Shown in pieces: positions 11,715 through 25,044 of a stretch of DNA of 54,014 bases (positions are counted from its first letter, which is position 1; each line of letters begins with the position of its first letter). Made by a program: the position numbers and the translations under genes. Source of the stretch: Chiloscyllium plagiosum. Its lineage: Eukaryota. The notes below the pieces were generated by a model. It saw only the letters and a program-made list of their open reading frames with translations, was not told the origin of the DNA and searched no databases. The DNA lies in contig NC_057752.1 of the NCBI RefSeq assembly GCF_004010195.1, forward strand, positions 2,707,004 through 2,761,017, read 5' to 3'.

Positions 11715-13355
11715 GGGTCAGAGGCAGTGCTGTACCCATGTTCAAAAAAGGATATGAAGATGAACCCAGCAACTACAAGGCAGTCAAGTTAACCTCAGTG
11801 GAGGGAAAGCTTTTCAGAACTATAACTGGGAACAAACTTAGTGGTCACTAGGACAAGTATGAATTAATTAAAACAAGTCAGCATGGATTTGTTAAAAGCA
11901 AATCATGTTCAACGAACTTGATTGAGTTTTTTTGATGAGGTAACTGAGAGGGTCAATTAATATTCTTGTCATCAGGGTTGGGACCTGTGGAATAACAGGG
12001 ATAGAAGTGGCCTAGCTACAGAGTTGGCTGAATGCTGGAAACAGAATGGTGGCTTTTTTGTACCGAATCAAAGAATTGTTACTGCCCATCCTTCTACCGG
12101 TTCTAAAGCTGAGTGTCAATCTCATACCTTTTCCACACATCCCTGCACCCCATTCCTATCCCAATAACCATCCAATGCCCCTCTTGAATGCCTCAATGGA
12201 ACCTGCCTTCCCCACATTCCCAGGCAGTGCCTTTCCAGACCCAAACTACTCGCTCAGTGAAAAAATGTTTCTTCTCACATCACCCTTGCCTAGTTTGCAA
12301 ATTAAGATATGCCCGCTTGATCTTTTTCTCTTGTATAAGCAGGAACAGCTTCTTCCTCTCTGCTCTGGAGGCATATATCAGAGTGGAGCTCCCCAGGGTT
12401 TGGTATGTGGACACTGCTTTTTTTGATCTGTATTAATGACCTTAACTTGTACAGGGCACCATTTTGCCACTTCTGATAACTTGGAAATGCTCTGAACTGT
12501 GAGGATGATGGCGTTAGACTTCAAGAGGAGACAGATGGGCTGGTGGAATCTTCACACTTCAGATGAAGTGTGAAGTAATGCATTTTGGTAGGAAGAATGA
12601 GGAGAGGCTAAGTGAAATAAAGGATACAATCCAAAGGGGTTTCAGGAGCAGTGGTAGCTGGGGGGGTTAGATGCAAAAAAAACCACTGGAGGTGCGGGAC
12701 ACGGTGAGAAAATAATTAAAGCAGGATATGAATCCTGGGCTTTTGAAATCAAAACATGCAATGCAAAAGCAAAGAATTTAAATGAACCTTTATAAATTAT
12801 TGGTTTGACCTCAACTAGAGTATTCTGTAATATTCTGGGAGTCACAATTTAGGATGGATGTGAAGGTTTTAGAGAAGGTGCAGAGAACTCACGAGGTCTC
12901 AAGGATGGGGAACTTCAGTTACATGGGTAGATTGGAGAAGTTAGGGCTGTTCTCCTGAGAGAAGAGAAGGCTGAGAGGAGATTTGATTGAGGTGCTCAAA
13001 ACCATGAGAGGTCTGGGCAGAGTGGATCAGGAGAAACTGTTCCCATTGATGGAAAGATCGAAAACATGAGGCATACAGATTTAAGGTGCCTGGCAAAAGA
13101 AGCAGTGGTGACATGAGGAAAGGTTGCAACAAGTGATTAGGATCTGGAATGCTCTGCCTTTGGGAGTGTGGTCGAGGCAAGTTCAGTTGAGACTTTCAAA
13201 AGGGAATTGGATAAGTACACAAAGAGAGAATGTTTGGAGCACTGTGGGGGAAAAGGTAGGGCATTGAAACTAATTGAGTTTCTATTACAGATGGCTTGCA
13301 TTTGCACAATGGGCTGAATGGTCTCTTTCTGCACCGTCACCATCCTGTGATTTCT
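11715..13355 (+). mobile_element. Old CR1 RT region to 3' end, with an inverted CR1 tail inserted at about 12070-12360
   Basis: PMFKKG..EPSNYKAVKLTSVEGK (ORF 11567..11851), a decayed GxPQG motif at about 12385, and a CR1 C-terminus and 3' UTR to about 13355. Confidence 0.75.
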
Positions 13356-13509
13356 CTAACCATGGAGCAAGATAGAACAAGTTTAAATCAGTGGACCTCT
13401 GGGTCAGTACTAGAAGCAGATTCAACCAAATAATTTAAGGCACGGTTCAGATTGTGGAGGGGAGACTGGTGATTTGTTCTCTGAGGATGATTGAAAATAT
13501 TTCTGGTGA

Positions 13510-14005
13510 GCTATCATTCAGTTCGTAGCTGTGTCAGAGAAGGCTGTGAGTTCAAGTCCTACTTCAGAATTTGGCACACAAAAATCTAGGCTGACACTCC
13601 AGCTCAGTTCCAAGAGAGTGCTGTGCCATCATAGATACCATCTTTTGGATGAGACTTCAAACTTAGAGGCCCCATCTGCTCTCTCAACTTGGCATAAACA
13701 ATCCCATGGCGCTATTGTAAACATGTACAGGGGAATGAAGCCCAGTGTTGCAGCCAATATTTGTTCCACAACCAACTTCACTGGAATGGTCCTGACAGGT
13801 TGAATGGCCTATTTTAGTGATACTTTGCACTTACTGGAACCCAATGATTGAACCATTCTTTCATTATTTGTGGGAGCTTGCTTGTACATGCATTGGCTGC
13901 TGTGTTTCCAGATGACAACACTTCAAAACTACTTCATTTGGCTGCCAGGAGCTTTTGGGATATACTGCTGGCCATGAAAGGTGCTATAGAAACACAAGTC
14001 TTTTG
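13510..14005 (+). mobile_element. Deu-domain SINE (SacSINE1/AmnSINE1-like)
   Basis: B-box-like gagttcaagtcc at about 13548. Deu-like core ttttggatgagacttcaaacttagaggccccatctgctctctc...atcccatggcgctatt. L2-type tail gaaaggtgctatagaaacacaagtctt. Confidence 0.7.
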
Positions 14006-14149
14006 GTTCTGCATCTTGAAATGTGTTCGCAAACTGGGATGGGAGGGTGTATTAGTGTAGTCTGTGACAGCTGCTGATTGATTTGGCAACTCTGAGACTC
14101 TGCTGGAAAGTGTTGTTGCATTGTTTTGGAACTTTGGAGGAAAACAGAT

Positions 14150-16702
14150 CAAAATGCCACTTTAAAAAGGAGGAAGACAGACAAAGGCAGTGACCACATG
14201 GTCAGGGAAAGAAACCTATGCCGCTGCCTGACATAGAAGTGAATCTGCACAGTTACTGCCTTTGCTGTTTGAGTTCACGTATCTCTGGACTTGGGAGTTG
14301 TCTCAGAAAAATTAGACAGCAAAATTCACAGCTGACCTTGGAGGAACCTGTGTGGGAGAGCTCACAGCACAGGAGTAGATAAGTGCATAGTTTTTAAGTG
14401 TAACCTTGTTGTAAGTCGACAATAGTGAGTAGAGTGGGTTCTTTCTTGATTATATGTTTTATTGAAATCTGTCTTGATTAAATTCTAAAAGTATAAACCA
14501 TAAATATTAAGTTAGTCTGGAGCAGTGGTTTTTTTTGAGCAATAAGACAGTGCTATTTTCTGGATCTGTAGGTTGTTAAGGTCCAAAGATGGCCTGTAGT
14601 AGAGTGATATGCTCTTCCTGTCAGATGGGGGAGTTCAGGGAGAGTTTCCATATTACTGATGATTATGTCTGCAGAAAGTGTCCTTGCGTGAAAATCCTAT
14701 CAGATCGCATGGGTCGGTTGGAGCGGCAATTTAGAGGCAATAAGGAATTTACAAGAGCTAGGGGGTGTGATGGATGGCAGTTATACAAAGGGAGAAAAGC
14801 CGCAGATACAGTCAGGTAGATGGGTTAACTTCAGGAAAGGTAGGAAGGGTAGGCAAGAGTCTCCTGTGGCTACCCCATCTCAAATAAGTATGCTGTTTTG
14901 GAAAATGTAGAGGATGATAGACTCTCAGGGGAATGTAGCACAAACAGGCCAAGTTTCTGGTTCTGAGACTGACTCAAATGTAATGAGGGGTACGTCAGGA
15001 TTCAAGTGATTGATTGTGATAGGGGACTGTAGTCAGAGGCACAGACAGATGTTTTTTGTGGCCGGCTGCGATAAATCAGAATGGTGTGTTATTTCCCTGG
15101 TGCCAGGATCAAGGATATCTCCGAGAGGGTGTGGAATGTTCTCAAAAGGGAGAGGGACCAGCAGGAGGTCATTGTACACATTGGACCTAATGACACAGGA
15201 AGGAAAAGGATGAGATTCTGAAGGGAGAGTATAGAAAGTTAGGCAGGAATTTAAAAAGGAGTTCCTCAAGGGTCGTAATATCTGGATTATTCCCTCTGCT
15301 ACAAGCTAGTGACTGTAGGAGTAGGGAGATAGAGCAGATGAATGTGTGGCTGAGGAGCTTGGTGCAGGGTAGAAGGGTTCACATTTTTGGATCATTGAAA
15401 TCTCTTCTGGGATAGAAGTGACCTGTACAAGAAGGACAGATCCCACCTGAATGGGAAGAGGACTAATATACTGGCAGGGAGATTTGACAGAGCTGTTCGG
15501 CAGGATTTAAAATGGTACGGTTAGGGGGTGGGACCCAGGGAAATAGTGAGGAAAGAGATCAATCAGAAACTGGTACAGTTGGGAAAAGGAGCGACTTAAA
15601 CAGTCAGGGCAGGCAGGCAGGAACAAAGCAGGGACAAATTAAACTGCATTTATTTCAATGGAAGAGGCCTAACAGGGAGGGCAGATGAACTCAGAGTATG
15701 GGGAGGAAAATGGGACTGGAATATCATAGCAATTGCAGAAACGTGGTCAGGGATGAACAGGAATGGCAGCTTAATGTTCCAGGATACAAATGCTACAGGA
15801 AGGATCGAAAGGGAGGCGAGAGAAGAGGGGGGAGTAGCGTTTTTGATAAGGGATAACATTACAGCTGTACTGAGGGAGGATATTCCCAGAAATACATCCA
15901 GGGAAGTTATTTGGGTGGAACTGAGAAATAAGAGGAAGGGATGATCACCTTATTGGGATTGTATTATAGACCCCCTAATAGTCAGAGGGAAATAGAGAAA
16001 CAAATTTGTAAGGAGATCTCAGTTATCTGTCAGAATAATAGGGTTGTTACGGAAAGGGGATTTTAACTTTCCAAATACAGACTTGAACTGCCACAGTGTT
16101 AAGGGTTTAGATGGAGAGGAATTTGTTATGTGTGTACAATAAAATTTTCTTACTCAATATATAGATGTACCGGTTGGAGAAATTGCAAAACTTGACCTAC
16201 TCTTGGGAAATAAGGCAGGGCAGTTGACTGAGGTGAAAGTGGCACTTTGGCGCCAGCAACCATAATTCTATTAGTTTTAAAATAGTGATAGAAAAGGATA
16301 GACCAGATCTAAAAGTCGAAGTCCTAAATTGGAGGAAGGCCAATTTTGACGGTATTAGGCAAGAACTTTCAAAAGTTGATTGGGGGCAGATGTTCGTAGG
16401 TAAAGGGACAGCTGGAAAATGGGAAGCCTTCAAAAATGAGATAATTAGAGTCCAGAGACAATATATTCCTGTAAGAGTGAAAGGCACAGCTGTTAGGTGT
16501 AGGGAATGCTGGATGACTAGAGAAATTGAGATTTTGGTTAAGAAGAAGAAGGAAGCATATGACAGGTATAGACAGGATAGATCGAGTGAATCCTTAGAAG
16601 AGTATAAAGTCGGAATATACTTAAGAGGGAAATCAGGAAGGCAAAAATGGGACATGAGATAGCTTTGGCAAATAGGGTTAAGGAGAATCCAAAGGGATTC
16701 TA
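14150..16702 (+). mobile_element. CR1 LINE 5' half: 5' UTR, decayed ORF1 (Cys-rich N-terminus plus SGNH esterase) and ORF2 endonuclease; 3'-truncated
   Basis: ATG at 14589 starts MACSRVICSSCQM...YVCRKC. Esterase blocks IVIGD, FPGARI and VIVHIG follow, then endonuclease blocks GGGVAFLIR, YYRPPNS and LNWRKANFDGIRQEL. Many frameshifts. The 5' boundary is approximate. Confidence 0.88.
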
Positions 16703-16741
16703 TTCGTTTTCCCATTTTTTTTTTGGAAACTGCCCCTGTCC

Positions 16742-17214
16742 CTGTAGATGCACCACAGAAAGCATTCTATACGAATGCATCATCGCTTGGTACGGTAACT
16801 GCTCTGCCCAGGACTGTAAGAAACTACACAGAGTTTTGAATACGTCCCAGTCCATCACGCAAACCAACCTCCCATCCATTGACTCCATCTACACTTCTAG
16901 CTGAGTCAGAAAGGCTTCCAACCTCTTCTGTCGGGCAGAAGATACAAAAGCTTAAACACACAGACCAACAGATTCAAGAACAGCTTATCCCCTACTGTAA
17001 TCAGACTTCTGACTGGACCTCTTCAATCTAAAATTTAATGTCGATCTCACTCTTTGTGCACCTTCACTGCAGCCATAACATTGTATTCCTCACTCTGTTC
17101 TATTACCCTAATGCACTTTGTATGGTATGATCTGCCTGTACTACACGCAAAACAAAATCTTTCACAGTACCTAGGTACGTGTGACAATAATATATCAAAT
17201 AAAACAAAAATAAA
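16742..17214 (+). mobile_element. Rex1/Babar-like LINE 3' fragment
   Basis: RCTTESILYECIIAWYGNCSAQDCKKLHRV...LPSIDSIY resembles the Rex1-type RT C-terminus. An A-rich tail lies at about 17190-17214. Confidence 0.7.
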
Positions 17215-17775
17215 TCCATGGCCTGAGTAGAATGTAGGCAGACCCTTGTGGAGAGTTAGCATGCACGTGATGGGGGTGAAGAGCCTCCTTCAATGCTGGA
17301 TCCATCCTGTGATATTTATTGAAAGTCATTATTTTCCAAAATCACTTTACGCAAAGGGAAACCAATCCTCTAAGAGGCAATGTTAAACATTTGCGGGCCA
17401 CAGATACAAGGATTGTGTGACAGATATTAACTGGCTGCTGGTGAATCTTGAGTTGGCTACCCGTAGATGGACCACTCCCTATGCCCTCATCTCACCTGCA
17501 GGAACCAAGGTGACCTAACTGGAGTACATCAGTTTAACATCACCTCTCTCCAAAACACCTGCTCTGGTTTCTGTATGTGAACACTAGTAACTCATTGATT
17601 CGTTAACTTGGAGTTAGATGGTCCACATCATCCCAACATGGCTGCATCAGTTACCTGGGGATGGGGCTTCCAAACATGGTTGCTAAGCCTTGTGATAGCT
17701 TCCTGCTTTGCAGCAGTGGCCAACCTTCCGCTGCTCACAGTATCTGTTTGATCCTGAGCTGAGCGTTCAATTGCA

Positions 17776-20052
17776 TATAGAAACAAAGAACTTAGAAGCA
17801 GGAGTAGGTCATTTGAGCCTGCTGCGCCATTCTATATGATCATGATTGATCATCTAACTCAGTCCCTGTTCCCACTTTCTCTCCAAATCCTTGGATCTGT
17901 TTAGCCCAAAGAACTATATCTAACTCATTAGAGTCATAGAGTCAGAGAGATGTACAGCACGGAAACAGACCCTTCGGCTCAACCCACCCATGCTGACCAG
18001 CTATCCCGACCTAATCTAGTCCCACCTGCCAGCACCCGGCCCATATCCCTCCAAATCCTTCCTATTCATACAGTCCATTCAGATACCTTTTAAATGCTGC
18101 ATTGTACCAGCCTCCACCACTTCCTCTGGCAGCTCATTCCATACACGCACAACCCTCCTCTGTGAAAACGTTGCCCCTTAGATTCCTTTTATATTCTCTC
18201 CCCCCTCCCCCCACCCTAAACCTATGCCCTCTAGTTCTGGACTCCCCCACCTCAGGAAAGGACCTTGTCTATTTATTCTATCCATGCCCCTCATGATTTT
18301 ATCAATCTCTATAAGGTCACCCCTCAGCCTCCAATGCTCCAGGAAAACAGCCCAAGTCTATTCAGCATCTCCCGATAACTCAAATCCTCCAACCCTGGCA
18401 ACATCCTTGTAAATCTTTTCTGAACCCTTTCAAGTTTCACAATATCCTTCTGATAGGAAGGAAACCAGAGTGGCACGCAATATTCCACAAGTGGCCTAAC
18501 CAACGTCCTGTACAGCTGCAATATGACCTCCGAGCTCCTATACTCACTACTCTGACCAATAAAGGAAAGCACGCCAAATGCCTTCTTCATGATCCTATCT
18601 ACCTGTGACTCTACTTTAAAGGAATTATGAACCTGCACTCCAAAGTCTCTTTGTTCAGCAATACTCTCCAAGACTTTACCATTAAATGTATAAGTCCTGC
18701 TAAGATTTGCTTTCCCAAAATGCAGCACCTCTAACTTATCTAAATTAAACTCCATCTGCCACTCTTTCTTGAAAACATTCAATGTTTTGCTCTTAACCAC
18801 TTGCTGTGACTGAAAATTCCACAGGGCTCACCACTCTCTGGATGCTGACATTTCTCCTCATCTCAGTCCGAAATGGCCTATCCCATATCCTTAGACTGTG
18901 ACCTCTCTGGATCTGGACTCCCTCATCATCGGGAACATCCTCCTGCCTTGATCCTGTCTAGTCCTGTTAGAATTTTATAAGTTTCAATGAGATCCCCCTT
19001 CATTCTTCTAAACTCCAGTGAATATTGTCTGAATAGACAATAGACAATAGATGCAGGAGTAGGCCATTCTGCCCTTCGAGCCTGCACCACCATTCATTAT
19101 GATCTTGGCTGATCATCCTCAATCAGTATCCTGTTCCTGCCTTATCTCCATACCCCTTGATTCCACTGTCCTTGAGAGCTCTATCCAACTCTTTCTTAAA
19201 CAAATCCAGAGACTGGGCCTCCACTGCCTTCTGGGGCAGAGCATTCCACACAGCCACCACTCTCTGGGTGAAGAAGTTTCTCCTCGTCTCTGTCCTAAAT
19301 GGCCTACCCCTTATTTTTAAGCTGTGTCCTCTGGTTCGGGACTCACCCATCAGCGGAAACATGTTTCCTGCCTCCAGAGTGTCCAATCCTTTAATAATCT
19401 TATACATCTCAATCAGATCCCCTCTCAGTCTTCTAAACTCAAGGGTATACAAGCCCAGTCGCTCCAATCTTTCAACGTAAGATAGTCCCGCCATTCCAGG
19501 AATTGACCTAGTGGACCTACGCTGCACTCCCTCAATAGCCAGAATGTATTTCCTCAAATTTGGAGACCAGAACTGCACACAATATTCCAGGTGCGGTCTC
19601 ACCAGGGCCCTGTGCAGCTGCAGAAGAACCTCTTTGCTTCTAATCCCTCATTCGATCCCAGTCCCTCTTCATACGTTAGCCCTGCCATCCAAGGAACCAG
19701 TCTGGCAAGCCTTTGTTGCACTCCCTTCATCACCAGAACACCCTTCCTCAGGATGAGGAGACCCAAACTGCACACAGTACTCCAGACGTGGACTCACCAA
19801 GACCGTGATACAATTGCAGCAAGATATCCCTGCTCCTGTACTTGAATGCTCTCACTATGAAGGCCAACATACCGTTTACCTTCTTTATCGCCTGCTGAAC
19901 TTGCAATGCTTACTTTCAGCGACTGGTGCACAAGGACACCCAGGGCTTGTTGCACCTCTCCCTTTCCCAATCTATTGCCATTCAGGGGCCAACTACCTGT
20001 TTTTGCTCCCAAAGTAGATAACCTCACAATTGTCCACATTATACTGCATTTG
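17776..20052 (-). mobile_element. Nested stack of CR1 3' fragments: older host copy plus younger inserts at about 17930-18760 and 19033-19640
   Basis: ORFs 18324..18800, 19123..19602 and 19794..20105 are all CR1 RT C-termini. Separate tandem tails (agagtcat; agacaat repeats) mark each insert. Host text resumes after each. Confidence 0.88.
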
Positions 20053-20669
20053 CTATCTTCTGTATTGCAAAACTCCCCTACTTCCACCTTCTCCAGCTCA
20101 CCCACCTATCTGACATAGAAAGTCTTGGTTATACCTTTGTCCTCTCTCTGCTTAACAGCTCCAACATCCAATATGACTGACCTCATAGCCTCCACCTCTC
20201 ACTTTGAAAGGATTAAGTTACTCAGACAAATTGAATAGACTAGACCTTAATTCCATCAAATGCAGAAGCTTAATGGATGACCTGTGGTGTTTTAAGATGA
20301 TTAAAAAGTTCGATTGGGACAATCACAGGAACCATTTCCTCTGGGGGTTGAGCTTTAAAATTTAGCAGTTTCAGGGGTGATGAAGCACTTCCTCACAGAA
20401 AGGGGAATGGAAATCTGAAACATTCCCCCTCCGCCAACCAAAAGGAAACTCAGGGAGTCGACTGAAACTTTCAAAACTGGGATTGATGGATTTTTTTCTA
20501 GGTACAAGCACTTGGGGTTGTGGAATTGAGATAGATAAATGCAGGTAAAATACAATCAAATTAAGTAGCAAGGTGCTGAATGGCCTCCTGTTACTGGTAT
20601 TCCATAGTTCATCCAGAAACCTGCTGTCTGTAACCAAACGCATGTCAAGGTTTGATCATCCATCATGCC

Positions 20670-20885
20670 TGTAAAGGTAAAATCATCATAATCTTACCAG
20701 CCCATAGGGCTGCTCTCTTATTAGAGAGAATGGTGGTGATTTAACCTGAAGGTCAATGTGACTCTGTAAAGGAAGTGGTTGGGATGCTTCCTGGCAAGCT
20801 CAGCCGGTGCAGGAATTGAACCTCTGCTGTTGGTGTCACTCTGTATTGCAAACCAGCCATCCAGCTAGTTGAGCTAAACCAACTG
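20670..20885 (-). mobile_element. tRNA-derived SINE
   Basis: The minus strand head reads tttagctcaactagctgg...aggttcaattcc (A/B-box-like). The 3' part is similar, in inverse, to the fragment at about 47800-47935. Confidence 0.6.
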
Positions 20886-21444
20886 CACTCTGTACCACAT
20901 CTGAGGAAGGATGTAAGGGTTGTTGAGAGGGTGCAGAGGAGGTCTAGCAGAATGAGAGGAATCTGAGGAAGAACATATGTATGCAGCACATGGCAATGAC
21001 CCAGATCTCTCTGCCTATAAGGGTGCTGGAAATGGAGGTGATGAATGATTTCGAAAGGAAATTGGATGGGCACCTGAGGGAAATAACCTTGCAGGAGATA
21101 GGGACTGACTGGATTGCTCTGTAGAGAGCTGGTATGAATGCCTCCTTCTGTGCTCTAATGACACTACAATTCAATGACATTGGCTCCCAGTCCACAAACA
21201 CCTCAAATTCAAAATTGCCACTGCTATGGTTGAAACGTTTCTGTGGATTTTCTCAACCCCCTCTCCAACCTTGCCATTTCTCTGACTCTGGCCTGCTGTG
21301 CGGACATCCCTCTTCATCCAGCCATTAATTGGCCTGGCCTAAATTCTGGAATTCCTTCCCTAAAACCTCTCCAATATCTCCTGAAATGTTGGGCCAAAAT
21401 TTGGGCTGCCCTTCTTAACATGTTCTTTGTTGGGTTGACAACCA

Positions 21445-22690
21445 AACTGCAGGCTGCAGAAATGCTTCAGTGTGATTTCGGCAAGTTGAGTGAGTGGGCC
21501 AATCCATAGCAGGTATCATGTGGATAAATGTGAGGTTATCCACTTTGGTACCAAAAACAGGAAGAGAGATTATGATCTGAACGGTGATAGATTGGGAAAG
21601 GGGGAGGTGCAATGAGACGTGGGTGTCCTTGTACACCAGTCACTGAAAGTAAGTCGTGAGGTGCAACAGGCAGTGAAGAAAGCAAATGGTATGTTGGCCT
21701 TTATAGCAAGAATATTCAAGCATAGGAGTAAGGATGTCTTGCTGCAATTGTACAGGGTCTTGGTGAGACCACACCTGGAGTACTGTGTGCAATCTGGGTC
21801 TCCTTATCTGAGGAAGGATGTTCTAGCGATGGAGGGAGTGCAGCAAAGGTTTATCAGACTGTTTCCTGGGACGGCAGGACTAACATATGTAGGGAGACTG
21901 GATCCATTTAGACTTCATTCACTTGAGTTTAAAAGAATATGGAGGGATCTCACAAAAACCTGTAAAATTCCAACAGGACTAGACAGGGTAAATGCAGGAA
22001 GGTGTTCCTAATGACTGAGGAGTCCAGAACTGGGGGTCACAGCCTCAGATACAAGGTAGGCTATTTACGACAGAGATGTGGCGAAATGTCTTCATCCAGA
22101 GAGTCGTGGAGCCTGTGAAAGTCTGTCACAGAAAGTGGTTAAAGTCAAAACATCAAATGTTTTCAAGGAGAAATTAGATACAGTTGTAGAGTCATAGAGC
22201 ATGGAAACAGACCCTTCAGTCCAACCAGTCCATGTTTCCAAACTAAACTAGCCCCACCTGCCTGCATTTGGCCCCTATCCCTCTGAACATTTCTTATTCA
22301 TGTACTTAACTAAATGTTTTTTAAACATTGTAATTGTACCTGCGTCCACCACTTCCTCAGGAAATTCATTCCACACAAGAACTCCTCTCTGTGTCAAAAC
22401 CTTGCCCCCATGTCTTTTTAAAATCTTCCTCCTTTCATTTTAAAAAATGCCCCCTAATATTGAAATCCCCTACATTGGGGAAAAGACAGCTGCTATTCAC
22501 CTTTTCTATACCTCTCATGATTTTATAAACGTCTATAAGGTTTATAAAATAGTTCTTCAGGCTAAAGGGATCAAAGGATATGGGGAGAAAGAAGGAACAG
22601 GGACTGAGTTTGATGATCAGCAATGATCATTTTGAATGGTCGATCAGGATTGAAGGGCCAAATGACCTACTCCTGCTCCTGTTTTCTCAG
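21445..22690 (+). mobile_element. CR1 3' fragment with an inverted CR1 tail inserted at about 22186-22540, itself inside a decayed L2-like tail (about 21170-21440 and 22700-22760)
   Basis: ORF 21619..22011 reads LYRVLVRPHLEYCVQ. The inverted tail begins tagagtcatagag. Confidence 0.8.
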
Positions 22691-23464
22691 TTCCTGTGTT
22701 GTCTTTGTCTCTGTGAAGTGCCATGGAGCATTTCTCAATGTTAAAATGCAAATTGTTGGGGATCATCTATATCAAACCCAAACTCTTTCTGCTCACAATA
22801 TATAAAAATATACATTTTACACTGACCATATCCAGGAATTAGGCCCATTCTAACTTCTTAGCTAAAAGACACGGAAGGTCAATTATGGATTGCCAGTGTG
22901 GGTTGCCTTTGGCTAATTCAGCCTTTGTTTATATGTCTTAGTTGCTCATTTGCTAGGGAAGTTACCTGGTGTGAATTTGCTGTTCAAACTTCTCCTAAAG
23001 GGTTCCTCTTCTTCAAGAAGAAAAGTGATACACCGTGCTGCTATAGAACATACAACATATCGATGAACATATGAATGAGGAGTAGGCCACTCAGGCCCTC
23101 GAGTCTGCTGTATCATTCAAGACAATCATGGCTGATCTCACTACTCCACATACCTGGCTGCCCCTCCTCTCCGTTCCTGATGACCTTTCACCCATGCTAA
23201 TCAAGACCTGAAATGTTCTGGTTAAATTGATAAACCATTTCTTCTACTACAAAGCTGCTTGGCATTTCAAGCTGTCAGTGTTGAGATCTTGAGTCGGAAC
23301 CAGAGTCAAAGGGCACTGGGGGATGGGGATTAGACATCCCTCTCCTTGAGGTCTGGCTCGATGCCCAATCTGATTCCACAACCAGGAGGAATCACACCTG
23401 GGCCTTCCAAAGCAGACCCGATGGGCTGAATGGCCTACTTCTGCTCCGATGTCTTGTGATCTTC

Positions 23465-23690
23465 TACACTGCTGCACCATCAGCTGCCCAAATCCAATGC
23501 TCTGTAAGTTCCTCTGAAGCTTTCCCCTCTCTTCTCCTTTTAAAACACTCAAAACTTTTGGTCATCTGTCCTTGTATGTCCTGACATGGCTCAGTGTCAA
23601 GTTCTGGTCAGATTATGATCCCATGAAGCACCTTGGAGCATTTTTTTCATGGCATTAAAAGCGCTATATGAATGCAAGTTGTTGTTGTCA
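23465..23690 (+). mobile_element. L2-like 3' tail fragment
   Basis: Ends ttaaaagcgctatatgaatgcaagttgttgttg. A similar tail lies at 36420-36790. Confidence 0.6.
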
Positions 23691-23959
23691 AGAATAAGTG
23701 TGGCGGGTCATTCAACTGCACGTGGCATCCTGGCCAATGTCGATCCTGTTTTATCCTAAAATTGCACATAGGCATGTTCTCTGGTACAAGTTCTCTGGCA
23801 ATCAGTCTTCTCTCCCGAAACCAACTTTCGCTGCAGCTCAGATCCACACAGGACTCGAACAAGCCTGGGTCGATAGCACATATCCTGGGCTTTGCCTTTA
23901 CCTGCTGTAGCACTGGGAGGCAAACAGTTACCTCAGTTCACTGGTCTCTACCAGGGTAA

Positions 23960-24350
23960 CAACAATCAATTGTTATGAAGGTAACACCACCTGCACAACC
24001 AGCTTAAAATACCATGAATGAACTGAGGGGAGAGGTGGTGGATTCCTTCAGTGATTAAAAAGTACTTGAGTATTGCTGTCAAAACAGACATGCTGTTGAA
24101 ACATTTCCACCTTGCACTCATTGAGCGACAAAAGCAAGAATGCCACATTTCAAAGTGAACAACAATTTATACAGCATGGGAAGAGGGTGCTGATTGATTG
24201 GCAAGCAGATTCTGATTGGTAGAGGTCTTGCCATGGAGAATGCGCTGGGGAACTGTTAACTGCCAAACTTTTGTTTAAATTCAAACCAGGTAAGTCGACT
24301 CTGATTGGTCAAGGCATTGCCATGGGAAATGTACCAGGGAATGGACTTCA
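23960..24350 (-). mobile_element. Terminal region of a second PLE family (decayed)
   Basis: Inverse similarity to 49430-49680. Duplicated ctgattgg...ttgccatgg units. Decayed hammerhead-like text at about 24095-24125. Confidence 0.55.
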
Positions 24351-24838
24351 CTAAATGGCATTTGACATGCTCATCACACCAATGGTCTCGGTCAACTGGC
24401 GCCAGGCATATGCAGGCACCACCACTGACACTGGGCACAGCTGGGGTGGGGGCATCATTTTGCCCAGAGCCTGCACAAGCAGTATCGCAGCAAAGTTGTG
24501 CACACAGAATTTGGCAAGCAGTACCAGAGCAAGGTCGCATGCGCAAACGCAACATTGCTTCAAAGCTGCCCTGCAAATTAATGTGGGGGGAGGAGTGGCT
24601 GGAGAGTGAGAACCTCAAGTGGGCCCCATCTTATTGCCAAAGCATGTTTACTGGCTGGAGAGGTTGTGTATATGCGTGTCTGTGTTTTGTTTTGGTATCT
24701 CAGACCGACCTGCGCCAATCTTTTAGGCCCTGGTTGAATGGCTCTGCCATTCATATGTGCGATTCCGGCTGTAATGATTGTTCAAGTCCAGTTTGCCACT
24801 GAATCACTTGTATTGATGCTGTTGGATTTTTTTTTAAG

Positions 24839-24930
24839 GCTATGGGTTTGTGGATTTCGATAGTCCTGCTGCTGCACAGAAGGCAGTGTCTGCGTTGAAG
24901 TCCAGTGGGGTGCAGGCTCAGATGGCAAAG
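24839..24930 (+). CDS. RBMS: RBMS-family RNA-binding protein, internal coding exon (RNP1 and end of RRM1)
   Basis: Poly-T tract with AG at 24837-24838 and donor GTAAGT at 24931. The 92 nt translate (phase 1) as [31 protein letters not shown], nearly identical to RBMS1/2/3. Not in the ORF track. Paralogue not resolved. Confidence 0.96.
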
Positions 24931-25044
24931 GTAAGTGCACACTCTTGCACTTGTAAAGCAGCACTGGCTGCTTAGGCTGACCGCTTTTTGTTGCAGAAGA
25001 TGATTATTCCCCCATCCCGTTGCCAGTCCTATCAAAAGTTATTT

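Noticed and set aside
24530..24550. NRF1-like gcatgcgca motif upstream of the exon
   Set aside because: A single partial match with no CpG-island or promoter context.
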